DNA from: a virus
Length of the DNA: 64,000 nt
Virus record (IMG/VR): IMGVR_UViG_3300017971_000292
Direction: 5' to 3' (one strand)
The notes below the pieces were generated by a model. It searched no databases. It saw nothing but the letters and a program-made list of their open reading frames with translations, and was not told the origin of the DNA. Position 1 is the first letter of the stretch. Each line of letters starts with the position of its first letter. This document shows positions 1-7,462 of this stretch, in pieces. The translations under genes were made by a program, and so were the position numbers.

Positions 1-90
1 AGGCCGAGGGCCGGCTCGTAGTATTGAAGGTCACGAGACCCGTCTTGGTTGATCGATACGATTTTCTGCATAATATCTGATTGGGATTGG

Positions 91-115
91 GGTTGCGGTT
101 GCGGTTGCGGTTGCG
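91..115. repeat. Tandem hexamer repeat (GGTTGC)x4
   Basis: Sequence ggttgcggttgcggttgcggttgcg read directly. It lies just 3' of the minus-strand ORF that ends at 121. Confidence 0.8.
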
Positions 116-120
116 CCCGA

Positions 121-375
121 TTACTTCCAGGCAGTGAGCTTGGCCTGACGACGGGCCGGGAACGTGATTGTGGCCGTGTGGCCCTTGATCTGCTTGACGT
201 CGACCTCGACCGTGCCGTGGTATCCGGTTGCGCGGATCCGACCGCCGTTCGGGACGTTCGCCAAGATCTCGGCATGGCAGGCTTTTGCTTGAGCCTCCAG
301 GCCGCGTTGAGTGTCGTGGATTGCGCGGAGCCGGAGCACCGCTTGTTGGACCTTCGCTTTTGTGTTTTTGTTCAT
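121..375 (-). CDS. Hypothetical small protein (84 aa)
   Basis: ORF in the six-frame track with a plausible ATG. It has no recognisable motifs and overlaps a spurious plus-strand ORF. Confidence 0.35.
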   Translation of the reverse strand: MNKNTKAKVQQAVLRLRAIHDTQRGLEAQAKACHAEILANVPNGGRIRATGYHGTVEVDVKQIKGHTATITFPARRQAKLTAWK

Positions 376-427
376 AAGATTCAGTCGATGGTTAGAATGT
401 GTCTACGGATTTTCGTGCTGTCAACAA

Positions 428-967
428 TCAATCTTCAGTGCGGAACTGGGCAAAATCGTAGCCCGAGGCGTCGTCATATATCGGCACATCCAGGAGCTCA
501 GCCAGCCGCTCGGCGTGCTTCACGTGCTCGTACGTGTTCTCGCAGCAGCCGCACCCTTCCGAGCGCATGTAGTCGGCGACTGCCCGGCGTATGAGTGCGA
601 TGTTCGGCGGGTCGATGGGCGTCGCCCGGGGGCACTTGGGGAGGTCATCCTCCTGGCGGCCGAGCACCCATACGATGGATTTCTGCTTGGTCTCGGGTGA
701 CACGCGGGTGCCGCCATTCTGGATCTTCCCGGCCCGCAGCAGCGGCCGAAACCTGGAGCTGGCGTTGACACGCTTGACGCCCGTCCGGTTGCAGAACTCC
801 AGGGAGGTCAGCCCGTCCGGATACACCTTCTCGAGCTCCCTGAGGATCATTCGGTCGAGCCGGCCGCGAGCTCCGGACTGGTTGATGGAGGCTGCCGCCT
901 GGTGTGAGGTTGCCGGGTCGGTGCCCCGGGCGGTACTCGGTGGTCCTGCGTAGTTTGGGTCAATCAT
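428..967 (-). CDS. Hypothetical protein, possible winged-helix DNA-binding protein (179 aa)
   Basis: ORF track. The central segment LDRMILRELEKVYPDGLTSLEFCNRTGVKRVNASSRF looks like a winged helix. This is a low-confidence functional guess. Confidence 0.5.
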   Translation of the reverse strand: MIDPNYAGPPSTARGTDPATSHQAAASINQSGARGRLDRMILRELEKVYPDGLTSLEFCNRTGVKRVNASSRFRPLLRAGKIQNGGTRVSPETKQKSIVWVLGRQEDDLPKCPRATPIDPPNIALIRRAVADYMRSEGCGCCENTYEHVKHAERLAELLDVPIYDDASGYDFAQFRTED

Positions 968-1211
968 CTTTGGGTCCGGGTGCTGAGTTGTTCGCGTTAA
1001 GCGCCACGATGTACATGGCAGCCATAACCACCCCGCCCACGGCAGCCATGAGTTGGGCGTGCCCCTCGTGTCCTATCAATTGTTCAAGTGACCCTGCACA
1101 AGAGGCAAGCAAGAACACCACGGTGATTCGGTATAGTTTCGTCATTTGATTCCTGAGTGTGCGAGCCGGGAGAGTGACAGCCCTTTGTAGCATCCGTCGT
1201 GGACGCGGCAT
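960..1211 (-). CDS. Small membrane protein; the true start is probably the internal Met near 1145 (MTKLYRITVVFLLASC...)
   Basis: Two hydrophobic helices (VVFLLASCAGSL and AAVGGVVMAAMYIVAL) in the ORF-track protein. Confidence 0.4.
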   Translation of the reverse strand: MPRPRRMLQRAVTLPARTLRNQMTKLYRITVVFLLASCAGSLEQLIGHEGHAQLMAAVGGVVMAAMYIVALNANNSAPGPKDD

Positions 1212-1447
1212 GCTGCGCGGAGCCGGCGGCGGAGCCAGCTGTTCAGATACTCCTCGGCGTCGCTGTCGACGCGGGTGATCCCCTCCTCGCGGCAGATCTG
1301 CCGGAGTTGGGCCTTGTTTATGAACGCAGGCTGCGCTCGTTTTATTTCGGCGGGCATGTGATCAGTTGGATGGTGTCCTTGTAGGTTCTGCGGTAACCCC
1401 CCGCGTCGCCGATGATCTTCATTACCAGCGAGATCGGGTGCGGACAA
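1142..1447 (-). CDS. Hypothetical protein; the likely start is the internal Met near 1357
   Basis: ORF track. It is contiguous with neighbouring minus-strand genes and has no motif. Confidence 0.35.
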   Translation of the reverse strand: MSAPDLAGNEDHRRRGGLPQNLQGHHPTDHMPAEIKRAQPAFINKAQLRQICREEGITRVDSDAEEYLNSWLRRRLRAACRVHDGCYKGLSLSRLAHSGIK

Positions 1448-1584
1448 ATGTAGGTGATGTCCTCATTGCCGGGCATGACAATCACCGTACTTTTGAAGTC
1501 GTCCGATGAACTAATCGACTCGACGCCCGCGAGGTTGATCGCGATGTTCCGCCCCTCGTGCTTGTAGCATAGGAATTGGTTCAT
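1342..1584 (-). CDS. Hypothetical protein (~80 aa, start MNQFLCYKHEGRN...)
   Basis: Its ATG at 1584 sits directly after the stop of the upstream 366-aa gene (TAACATG), which suggests translational coupling. Confidence 0.45.
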   Translation of the reverse strand: MNQFLCYKHEGRNIAINLAGVESISSSDDFKSTVIVMPGNEDITYICPHPISLVMKIIGDAGGYRRTYKDTIQLITCPPK

Positions 1585-1585
1585 G

Positions 1586-2686
1586 TTACTTAGAGGCCTC
1601 GAGGGCCAGTAGGATCTCGCGGATGTAGTCGTCGGCCTGCACGACAGCGTCCTCCATACACTGACGGTCACGCGCCGGCAGTAGGCCTCCGTTCAACGCG
1701 TGGCGGTGCTGCGACTTCACCTTCTCAAGCCTCTCCTTGAAACGGACGAGCAGGCATCGCAGCATGCTGATGTGTCGCACAGTCTCTTCGTGGTCCTGGC
1801 GCGCGGGCTCGCGGTCATCTTTGATGGCCTGCAGCTGCTTGTTAGCCGCGTCACGCTCCTCTGCGATCTTGTGCTTGGCGTCACGTAGATCGGTCAGCAA
1901 CATGTCGTAACGCGTCTTGGGGGCCGTGCGGGATATGCCGAGAGCGGCGATGGCGAGCAGCCTCTTGCGGGCCTTCAGCGCACGCTTACGAGCTTCAGAA
2001 CCTATGTCGGTACCATGTTTGTGGAGCATCCTGATAGAGAACTTGAAGTGGTCCCGCAGCACCGTCAACGCGTGACGTTGACTGGCGACCTGGATCCGCA
2101 GGTTGTCACACTCATCCATCGACGAGTCGAGCCTCTTGTTAGCCTCGTTGACCTGGGCTTCGGCATCCGTCAGATCGCGTCGCACATCCTCCAGTGCTCG
2201 CTTGTTGCACAACGCTGCGTCCCTCTCCACCATCGCCTCAACTTCCGCCCTGTGCTTCTCGCTCTTGAGCACCTTGATCTCGTCCGACTGGTCTCGAACC
2301 CGCTTGGCATTCTCAAACGCCATTTCAGCAGCCTCTACAGTCTTGCCGTTGATGGCCTCGCCGTTCTCCCCGAAGGAGACTTCGACTACGTGTAGGAACG
2401 TGCCGGACCTCTTATTCAGCTTCTCAATATAGTCCTTGAGCTCGGCCCGCATCTCGTCAGCGTAGGTAGAGGGAGCCCACCCTTCTTTGCTGCCGTCAGG
2501 CAATACTGCAAACGAGCAGTAGCCATTACAATATCCGTACATCACAGCTGTGAGCGGGAGGACATAGTGGGTGGTGCTGGTCTCGACGTCCCTGAGGAAG
2601 AGCCTTTCGGCAAAGCTGTGCGCCTTGTTCACGTCGCTCCTGTCGGATCCGATTACTATCATTGCATCGTGCTGGATGGTTCCCAT
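1586..2686 (-). CDS. Hypothetical protein with a long coiled-coil C-terminal half (366 aa)
   Basis: Long ORF. The N-terminal part is globular (~130 aa). The remainder is rich in E/K/R/A/L heptad-like sequence. Confidence 0.7.
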   Translation of the reverse strand: MGTIQHDAMIVIGSDRSDVNKAHSFAERLFLRDVETSTTHYVLPLTAVMYGYCNGYCSFAVLPDGSKEGWAPSTYADEMRAELKDYIEKLNKRSGTFLHVVEVSFGENGEAINGKTVEAAEMAFENAKRVRDQSDEIKVLKSEKHRAEVEAMVERDAALCNKRALEDVRRDLTDAEAQVNEANKRLDSSMDECDNLRIQVASQRHALTVLRDHFKFSIRMLHKHGTDIGSEARKRALKARKRLLAIAALGISRTAPKTRYDMLLTDLRDAKHKIAEERDAANKQLQAIKDDREPARQDHEETVRHISMLRCLLVRFKERLEKVKSQHRHALNGGLLPARDRQCMEDAVVQADDYIREILLALEASK

Positions 2687-2708
2687 TCTGATTTACTTTT
2701 TTCTATGG

Positions 2709-2870
2709 TTAGTGTTTGGGGTGGGTCAAAGTTTCTCGCTCGGGCACACGGGTCACCTTATACCCGCGCCGCCTATACGCCTGGATCTCCGCCTTCACGT
2801 TGGTGGAATACCACCGTTTGGAGTCCGGGAACCACACGTAGTAGAGCTCAGCTGTGTATTTATTCATGGT
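2709..2870 (-). CDS. Small hypothetical protein (53 aa, MNKYTAELYYVWFPDSKRWYSTNVKAEIQAYRRRGYKVTRVPERETLTHPKH)
   Basis: Hand-translated ORF below the 60-aa track cutoff. Its ATG overlaps the stop of the upstream gene (coupled). Confidence 0.4.
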   Translation of the reverse strand, partial: TMNKYTAELYYVWFPDSKRWYSTNVKAEIQAYRRRGYKVTRVPERETLTHPKH

Positions 2871-3041
2871 CGTTGAGTTGTTCCTTCATCGATAGGTTGG
2901 CCCGGCGGAGCCGGTGCCGTCGACCGAGGGCACAATAGGGGCAGGACCCGTGGACTCGGCATGTAGCGTCAAGCGCCTTGGTTCCACGGTACGGCTTGCG
3001 CCGCTCCTTCCCGTGCTTGATGGCTTTGGCCAAACTCATTT
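2860..3041 (-). CDS. Small Cys-rich (zinc-ribbon-like) protein (60 aa, MSLAKAIKHGKERRKPYRGTKALDATCRVHGSCPYCALGRRHR...)
   Basis: C-x4-C ... C-x2-C spacing. The start ATGA overlaps the stop of the upstream gene. Confidence 0.45.
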
Positions 3042-3215
3042 GATGATCCGGTGCAGGAAATACTCCTGGTTGTGCTCGTCCCACTTGGAGACGGTGATCG
3101 CGCGGGCCCGGCGAGGGGCGCTCAGAATGACCCGGCCCACCTGCTGGTGGGTGAGTCCTGACGTGCGACTCACGCCCTTCGCGCTTGCTATCGTTACTCG
3201 GTATTTGGCTTTCAT
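3036..3215 (-). CDS. Small basic protein, possible DNA-binding or Xis-like (59 aa, MKAKYRVTIASAKGVSRTSGLTHQQVGRVILSAPRRARAITVSKWDEH...)
   Basis: ORF-track frame with an internal ATG at 3215. The sequence is HTH-like. It lies immediately adjacent to the tRNA-like element. Confidence 0.4.
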   Translation of the reverse strand: MKAKYRVTIASAKGVSRTSGLTHQQVGRVILSAPRRARAITVSKWDEHNQEYFLHRIIK

Positions 3216-3221
3216 AAATTG

Positions 3222-3390
3222 ATTGCAGGGCGGGGAGGGGAATCGAACCCCCCTGTCAGGTCCGTTAGCCACTGATCAGGTGGCTCGTCGACCCGTTGAC
3301 CGTGTGCTGCATTGGCAGAGTAGCCAAGAGGATCAGTCCCAGCCTCTGGCAGCCGACTCACGGAGTTCCTTTCACTCAACCCGCCCATCT
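3222..3390 (-). ncRNA. tRNA-like element, minus strand. It has GGGCGGG-TT-GAGT-GAAAGGA-ACTC (acceptor plus D-arm-like) near 3390 and GGGGG-TTCGATT-CCCCT-CCCCGCCC (T-arm plus 3' acceptor) at 3256..3224. It is a non-canonical tRNA, a tRNA with an insertion, or a 3' tRNA fragment.
   Basis: A perfect T-loop consensus GTTCGATTC flanked by a 5-bp GC stem and a GC-rich acceptor-like 3' strand. A sigma70-like promoter lies ~300 nt upstream on the same strand. I could not fold a complete canonical cloverleaf by hand. Confidence 0.3.
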
Positions 3391-3711
3391 CTCACACCTG
3401 CTGTCAGGCCATTTCGGATCATTGGGGCGAGTCTATTCGACCTAAACAGCGATGCATCACTGCCCGCTACCCATTTATTCCACGTCAGCCCGTCGGCCAC
3501 GCCGAGGTCCTCACTTTACACCAGTCAAGGCTAACGGAGGATCCCCCGACGCCTGACAACAGGTGTGAGAGATGATGGTCGACCGCGCATCCCTGTAAGT
3601 GCGCCTTAGTCGCGAGCAGTCAGGCAAAGCGTGCTGCAAGGGGTAGCCTACCCATAAAGCTGGTCAATTCCAGCCTCCCGCCGACCATCAAACTGTCAAA
3701 GAACTGTAGAC

Positions 3712-3739
3712 AACCTACCACACTGAAAAGGGCTGTCAA
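3712..3739 (-). promoter_or_regulatory. Sigma70-like promoter (minus strand): TTGACA - 16 nt - TAGGTT, pointing toward the tRNA-like element
   Basis: Read directly. It shares the motif CGATTGATA(C/G)TTGACAGC with the promoter at 6131..6159. Confidence 0.5.
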
Positions 3740-3742
3740 CTA

Positions 3743-4459
3743 TCAATCGAACTTTATTTTGCACGAACGACGGACCACCCGGGCGACCGCCCACGGGTTC
3801 CACTGGAGGGCGATCAACTCATTCCATTGCCTGGCATACTCTGGCAACGCCGTGCGCGAATAGAACCGGAGCTCTGCTTCCCACTCTTGGCGGAGCCGGT
3901 AGGCGGACGCCAGTAGCGAGCTCTGGAGCGTCCGGGCGATCTCCAGCTTGGTGGCCGGGCGACAATAGCGTCCGATCCGACGCACCCACCGGTTGGGCTT
4001 GTACTCGCGCTTTGGGTGTGGGTATGGTTCGCGAAATGTACTCCGCCTGAGCTTACCAGATTGACGCTCCCGCAGCTCACGCCACGATCTCCGCCCCGCT
4101 TCCCTGAGCTCGAGCTCTCGCGCCCGTCGAACCTCTGCGGCTGCCTTCTCGGCCCTCCTCGCCTCTCGTTCCATCACGGACTTGAGGTACCACCCCTTGG
4201 TGTGCAGCTGCTTGAGCAGGTCAACAGCCTCAGTGAATTCCGGAGTCCCGACGTCGCGAAGCGTGAATGGCGCTGGCTCGGGTATGTAGTCCTTCGTCCT
4301 GCGGCCAGGAATCCATTTGCCGGGTTTGTCCTTGGGTGTGCGATAGCGGGAAAGCCCTTTGCGCTCGAACAGCAGGACCGGGAAGTCCTTGACCGAGCCC
4401 CGTAACATTGGGTCGAAGTCCCGGGTCGGATACGGATAGGTTGAGATCTTGTCTTGCAT
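3743..4459 (-). CDS. Hypothetical, highly basic Arg-rich protein (238 aa)
   Basis: Long ORF with an R/E-rich coiled region. It has no catalytic motif. Confidence 0.65.
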   Translation of the reverse strand: MQDKISTYPYPTRDFDPMLRGSVKDFPVLLFERKGLSRYRTPKDKPGKWIPGRRTKDYIPEPAPFTLRDVGTPEFTEAVDLLKQLHTKGWYLKSVMEREARRAEKAAAEVRRARELELREAGRRSWRELRERQSGKLRRSTFREPYPHPKREYKPNRWVRRIGRYCRPATKLEIARTLQSSLLASAYRLRQEWEAELRFYSRTALPEYARQWNELIALQWNPWAVARVVRRSCKIKFD

Positions 4460-4462
4460 AGG

Positions 4463-4810
4463 TCAGATATCGCTGAAGCACGCGTGACGACAGTCCGCGC
4501 AGCAGTTGCATAGGTAGATTTCGCCGTGCACATCCTCGTCGTAGGGGCACACATCAGCATCAACCTCGGGGGCACCGCACTTACACTTGCCAGTACGACG
4601 GAACGTCCAGTCATGGTGAGCCCCGACTCGAACAAGCTTACCCTGTTCCCGGAGGCCGCCCAGCGTTTGCTCACGGCAGACAAGGACCGTCTCGCCCGTG
4701 CTATTGAGCGTGGCCACCCCCACCTTGTTGTGCCCCGGGAAGATCTTGATCGGGAGCGCGCCCGCGTGGGTACCCACGAGAGTCATCAGCTTACGTTGGG
4801 TGGCCGTCAT
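4463..4810 (-). CDS. Hypothetical Cys-rich protein (115 aa; C-terminal CKCGAPE...CPYDEDVHGEIYLCNCCADCRHAC)
   Basis: ORF track. Multiple Cys pairs suggest metal binding. Its stop and start are packed tightly against neighbouring genes. Confidence 0.6.
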   Translation of the reverse strand: MTATQRKLMTLVGTHAGALPIKIFPGHNKVGVATLNSTGETVLVCREQTLGGLREQGKLVRVGAHHDWTFRRTGKCKCGAPEVDADVCPYDEDVHGEIYLCNCCADCRHACFSDI

Positions 4811-5016
4811 TGGTCACCCCGCTCTCTGGCAGCTCTCCGCTCCCTACGGGCCGCACAGGCGGCTTTGGCGGACGCTACCCTCTCGTCCTGCCTGGCATCC
4901 CAGTCGGACACGCTGATGGCCTGCTCCAGGCTTCCCATAGCCTTGGCTGAAGTCTTAGGTAAGTGAGCGACGGACAACTGTGCACTCAACCGTAAGTGTT
5001 CTTGATAGCGTCTCAT
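4807..5016 (-). CDS. Hypothetical small protein (start at internal Met MRRYQEHLRL...)
   Basis: ORF-track frame 4807..5157 trimmed to the first plausible Met. Confidence 0.3.
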   Translation of the reverse strand: MRRYQEHLRLSAQLSVAHLPKTSAKAMGSLEQAISVSDWDARQDERVASAKAACAARRERRAARERGDQ

Positions 5017-5020
5017 AGCA

Positions 5021-5218
5021 TTACATGGACAAAGGTTTCTGGTCGATAGGCCCGGTAGTCCAGAAGAGCATGCGATCCTCGGCGGCCTTCCGGTTAGTAA
5101 GCCCAATAGGGGCAGACCAGAAGAGCTTGCCGGTCGTGCTGTTGGTGACCTCCCCAAAGTAGGATCGGGGGCGGCTGTCGCTGCGCCTGCGGGCGCGGAT
5201 GGGTCGCGGTTTCTTCAT
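5021..5218 (-). CDS. Hypothetical small basic protein (MKKPRPIRARRRS...GKLFWSAPIGLTNRKAAEDRMLFWTTGPI)
   Basis: Internal Met of ORF 5021..5335. The upstream part of that ORF is S/T/R-rich and non-protein-like. Confidence 0.3.
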   Translation of the reverse strand: MKKPRPIRARRRSDSRPRSYFGEVTNSTTGKLFWSAPIGLTNRKAAEDRMLFWTTGPIDQKPLSM

Positions 5219-5219
5219 A

Positions 5220-5384
5220 TCAGTTGTTTCTGTGGATCGGTGTTCCGAGGGTGAATTCCAGACGCTTGACGTCGCGCCTGAGGTCGTCGATGACCGCCTG
5301 CTTGCCGGCCAGTTGCGTCTCGTAATAGAGGGCAACCAGAATGATGGAGAACAGGAAGATGATGATGGATGCGATGGTAGTCAT
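5220..5384 (-). CDS. Small membrane protein (MTTIASIIIFLFSIILVALYY...)
   Basis: One clear transmembrane helix followed by a charged tail. The start is trimmed to an internal Met. Confidence 0.4.
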   Translation of the reverse strand: MTTIASIIIFLFSIILVALYYETQLAGKQAVIDDLRRDVKRLEFTLGTPIHRNN

Positions 5385-5389
5385 AGTGG

Positions 5390-5506
5390 TCAGCGGTTGT
5401 TGGTTAGCTCGGTGATGCGCTTCTCGAGCCCCCCGACACGGATCTCGAGGCTGACGAAACGCCACGCATAGTAGGCGACGAGGATGAGGAATACGATAGT
5501 GTTCAT
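5390..5506 (-). CDS. Very small membrane protein (MNTIVFLILVAYYAWRFVSLEIRVGGLEKRITELTNNR)
   Basis: Hydrophobic helix plus amphipathic tail. It is short and low confidence. Confidence 0.3.
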   Translation of the reverse strand: MNTIVFLILVAYYAWRFVSLEIRVGGLEKRITELTNNR

Positions 5507-5904
5507 TCGCTGAGGGTTACGTTGTCGATGACGGAGGCCAGGTTCCCCGCGCGGAGCCGGAGCTCGGCCAGCCGGGCACGCATAGTGTCGATCTCGTGCG
5601 AGGTCCCGGAACACTGCTGCTGCACAGCACCCAAGAGCTCCTTGGCCTGCTGCTTAGCCTGGGCGATCAGCCGGTCAGCCTGGCACTTCGCCTTGTGGAC
5701 GATAGCCTGACCCTCGTTCTCACGCTCAGCCACCCAATCCTCGTGAGTGTAGGCGCGGGTCTCGACCGGCATGTCCGAGTGCATGGCCTGCTGGATATGC
5801 GGCAGCTGCTCGCGCAGCCACTGCCCGCAGTAGGAGCCGGTGTCGTGGGCACTCAGGATAGTAGCGAGTTCAGCGATGGCTCTCAGTTCTTCGTTTTTGG
5901 TCAT
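5503..5904 (-). CDS. Hypothetical protein (~133 aa from MTKNEELRAIAELATIL...)
   Basis: ORF-track frame 5503..6075 trimmed to an internal Met. It is coupled to the downstream gene. Confidence 0.5.
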   Translation of the reverse strand: MTKNEELRAIAELATILSAHDTGSYCGQWLREQLPHIQQAMHSDMPVETRAYTHEDWVAERENEGQAIVHKAKCQADRLIAQAKQQAKELLGAVQQQCSGTSHEIDTMRARLAELRLRAGNLASVIDNVTLSE

Positions 5905-5912
5905 AGTATTGG

Positions 5913-6125
5913 TTAGTTGGAGTGTGAGACGAGGTCGGAGAGATCTTTCCAAATAGCGGTCGTGGACAGGCCAAGCTCGGGGTGGTCCGCCGAAAAGCGG
6001 TCGGTCGTCCAGGTGAGCCGGGCGTGCCTGGATCCAAGCGTGATATCCGCGCAGGCTATCCGCGACGCATGCCACGTATGGAGTAGCTCGCTGACCAGCC
6101 GCTGTGGGATGAATCTCGTTGTCAT
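5913..6125 (-). CDS. Hypothetical protein (70 aa)
   Basis: ORF track. Its ATG lies 6 nt downstream of a strong sigma70-like -10 box, so the transcript may be leaderless or near-leaderless. Confidence 0.5.
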   Translation of the reverse strand: MTTRFIPQRLVSELLHTWHASRIACADITLGSRHARLTWTTDRFSADHPELGLSTTAIWKDLSDLVSHSN

Positions 6126-6130
6126 GGCGA

Positions 6131-6159
6131 TAATCTAATCGAGGTGAATAGTGCTGTCA
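6131..6159 (-). promoter_or_regulatory. Sigma70-like promoter (minus strand): TTGACA - 17 nt - TAGATT
   Basis: Read directly. It shares an extended conserved motif with the 3712..3739 promoter. Confidence 0.55.
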
Positions 6160-6214
6160 AGTATCAATCGATAGTCATTCAGCGGGAGGCCCCGTAGGGC
6201 CCCCTCCTGAAGGG

Positions 6215-7093
6215 CTACGCGTTGATGGGGGAGAGCTTAGCGCGGATGAACGCAACTTGGAGAGCCATTATGAGGGCCGCGCGATTGAACCCGGCGGCGT
6301 CGTCCGTCGTCTCCATCTTAAGGAGCGCGTCGAGCACCGTGCGGGCTTCGTCGACGGGCAGCGTGTCGTTGTGGACCGTACCATCTCGCTCGCTCCACAG
6401 GACATTCAGCTGGCTGATAGGTTGGGCGGAGTAGTCGGCGTGGTTGGTTAGGTCCTCGTCCGGCGCGCTATCCTCGCCGGCCCGCTCGTTGATCTTCTCC
6501 GCCTCATAGTCGGCCGCGTCCTGCTCATCCTGAGCGGCAGCGGCAGCCTTCTCGGCGTCGCTGATAGCCTCTTGCTCCTCCACGTCGGTCGGCCAGACCT
6601 GCACTTTGGTCGGGCGATTGCCGAATCCGAAATGCGGCTCCTTGGGCGTGATGGCCACGTTGAGTGTGATGCGGAGGTCCTTGATATCTACCTCACGCTC
6701 CATCGATGTGTCGTCGACGATCTGCGGGACACTCATCCATATCTTGTTGCCCTCGTCGGTTAGGAACAGCCCCTTGAGGGAGTCCCCGTAGGCCGTATGC
6801 ACCTCTTTGTAGTGGACGAACCGGCCGACAACCTCCTGGCGTCCTGCGCGGAGCCGGGGAGCGTTGGCGAGCTTAGCCTCCTCGGCCTGGCGGGCAGCTG
6901 TCCGCTCCTCGAACCGGTCGATCTGCTTGGCCACGCAGCGGGTATAGGCGTCGACCTGGCGTGTGCTAAACTCATCGACAGTAGCACCTTCGCGGGCCTG
7001 CCGGGTGATGTCCTGCAGGAATTCGCTCCAGTTGATGGCCGATGGATGGTCTTGGGCCCAGCTGATGGCCTCGGTGAATGATAGTGTGCTCAT
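6215..7093 (-). CDS. Hypothetical acidic protein (292 aa). It is the first gene of the leftward block.
   Basis: Long ORF, D/E-rich. The ATCCCCTaattgAGGGGAT palindrome lies ~45 nt upstream. Confidence 0.7.
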   Translation of the reverse strand: MSTLSFTEAISWAQDHPSAINWSEFLQDITRQAREGATVDEFSTRQVDAYTRCVAKQIDRFEERTAARQAEEAKLANAPRLRAGRQEVVGRFVHYKEVHTAYGDSLKGLFLTDEGNKIWMSVPQIVDDTSMEREVDIKDLRITLNVAITPKEPHFGFGNRPTKVQVWPTDVEEQEAISDAEKAAAAAQDEQDAADYEAEKINERAGEDSAPDEDLTNHADYSAQPISQLNVLWSERDGTVHNDTLPVDEARTVLDALLKMETTDDAAGFNRAALIMALQVAFIRAKLSPINA

Positions 7094-7138
7094 AGGTTAG
7101 CCTTTCAAGTAGTCGTCGATGTGGGGTTTGTTGGTGAG

Positions 7139-7157
7139 ATCCCCTAATTGAGGGGAT
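7139..7157. promoter_or_regulatory. Perfect 7-bp inverted repeat ATCCCCT-aattg-AGGGGAT (operator or 5' UTR hairpin)
   Basis: Read directly. It sits upstream of the leftward gene 6215..7093. Confidence 0.45.
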
Positions 7158-7334
7158 TCGGAAAAGTTGGGCTCGTTTAGCGCGCTACGCTTTTCGACCG
7201 GCTCCGCCGGCTCCGCTACTTGGCGCATAAACCAGCGCGCGCCTCTCAAGCTCCTTCTGATATTAACTCGTGCCATGCAGTCAAGATACGCATCTGGTGG
7301 AAAAGCGCAAGCACTTTTCTAAACTAAATTTTGG

Positions 7335-7357
7335 GCCGCGCTAGGCGCGTTTTTTGA
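7335..7357 (+). terminator. Rho-independent terminator-like hairpin GCCGCGC-TAG-GCGCG followed by TTTTTT
   Basis: GC stem plus a T6 run read directly on the plus strand. Confidence 0.5.
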
Positions 7358-7462
7358 TTTCAGGTGGGAAGGTACAGGAAGCCAACGAGTTGTAGAAATT
7401 AAGGGTCAAAAACAGTAGTGGGAATAGGTCAAATGTTTATCGGGGGAAAGCGTTGCATCTTA

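Noticed and set aside
3222-3260. attP/attL core (3' tRNA fragment) marking an integrated prophage boundary
   Set aside because: No tyrosine or serine integrase is recognisable anywhere in the window, and the element has its own upstream promoter. It cannot be excluded without host tRNA sequences, so the idea is kept inside the tRNA-like finding.
3222-3700. tmRNA (ssrA) gene, standard or permuted
   Set aside because: The T-arm/acceptor is on the minus strand. A tmRNA-like 5' motif (GGGGCGAGTCTATTCGACC at ~3424) exists only on the opposite strand. No GGGG...TTCGAC 5' end pairs with the CCCCGCC acceptor on the same strand. The element is kept only as a generic tRNA-like feature.
49-7000. Long plus-strand ORFs (for example 49..594, 311..700, 4526..4966, 5596..5916) and the many ORFs antisense to long genes (for example 21332..21868, 35110..36192, 43299..43994, 47313..48437)
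   Set aside because: They overlap better-supported genes on the other strand, have Arg/Pro/Ser/Gly-rich low-complexity translations typical of GC-rich antisense frames, and lack starts in good context.
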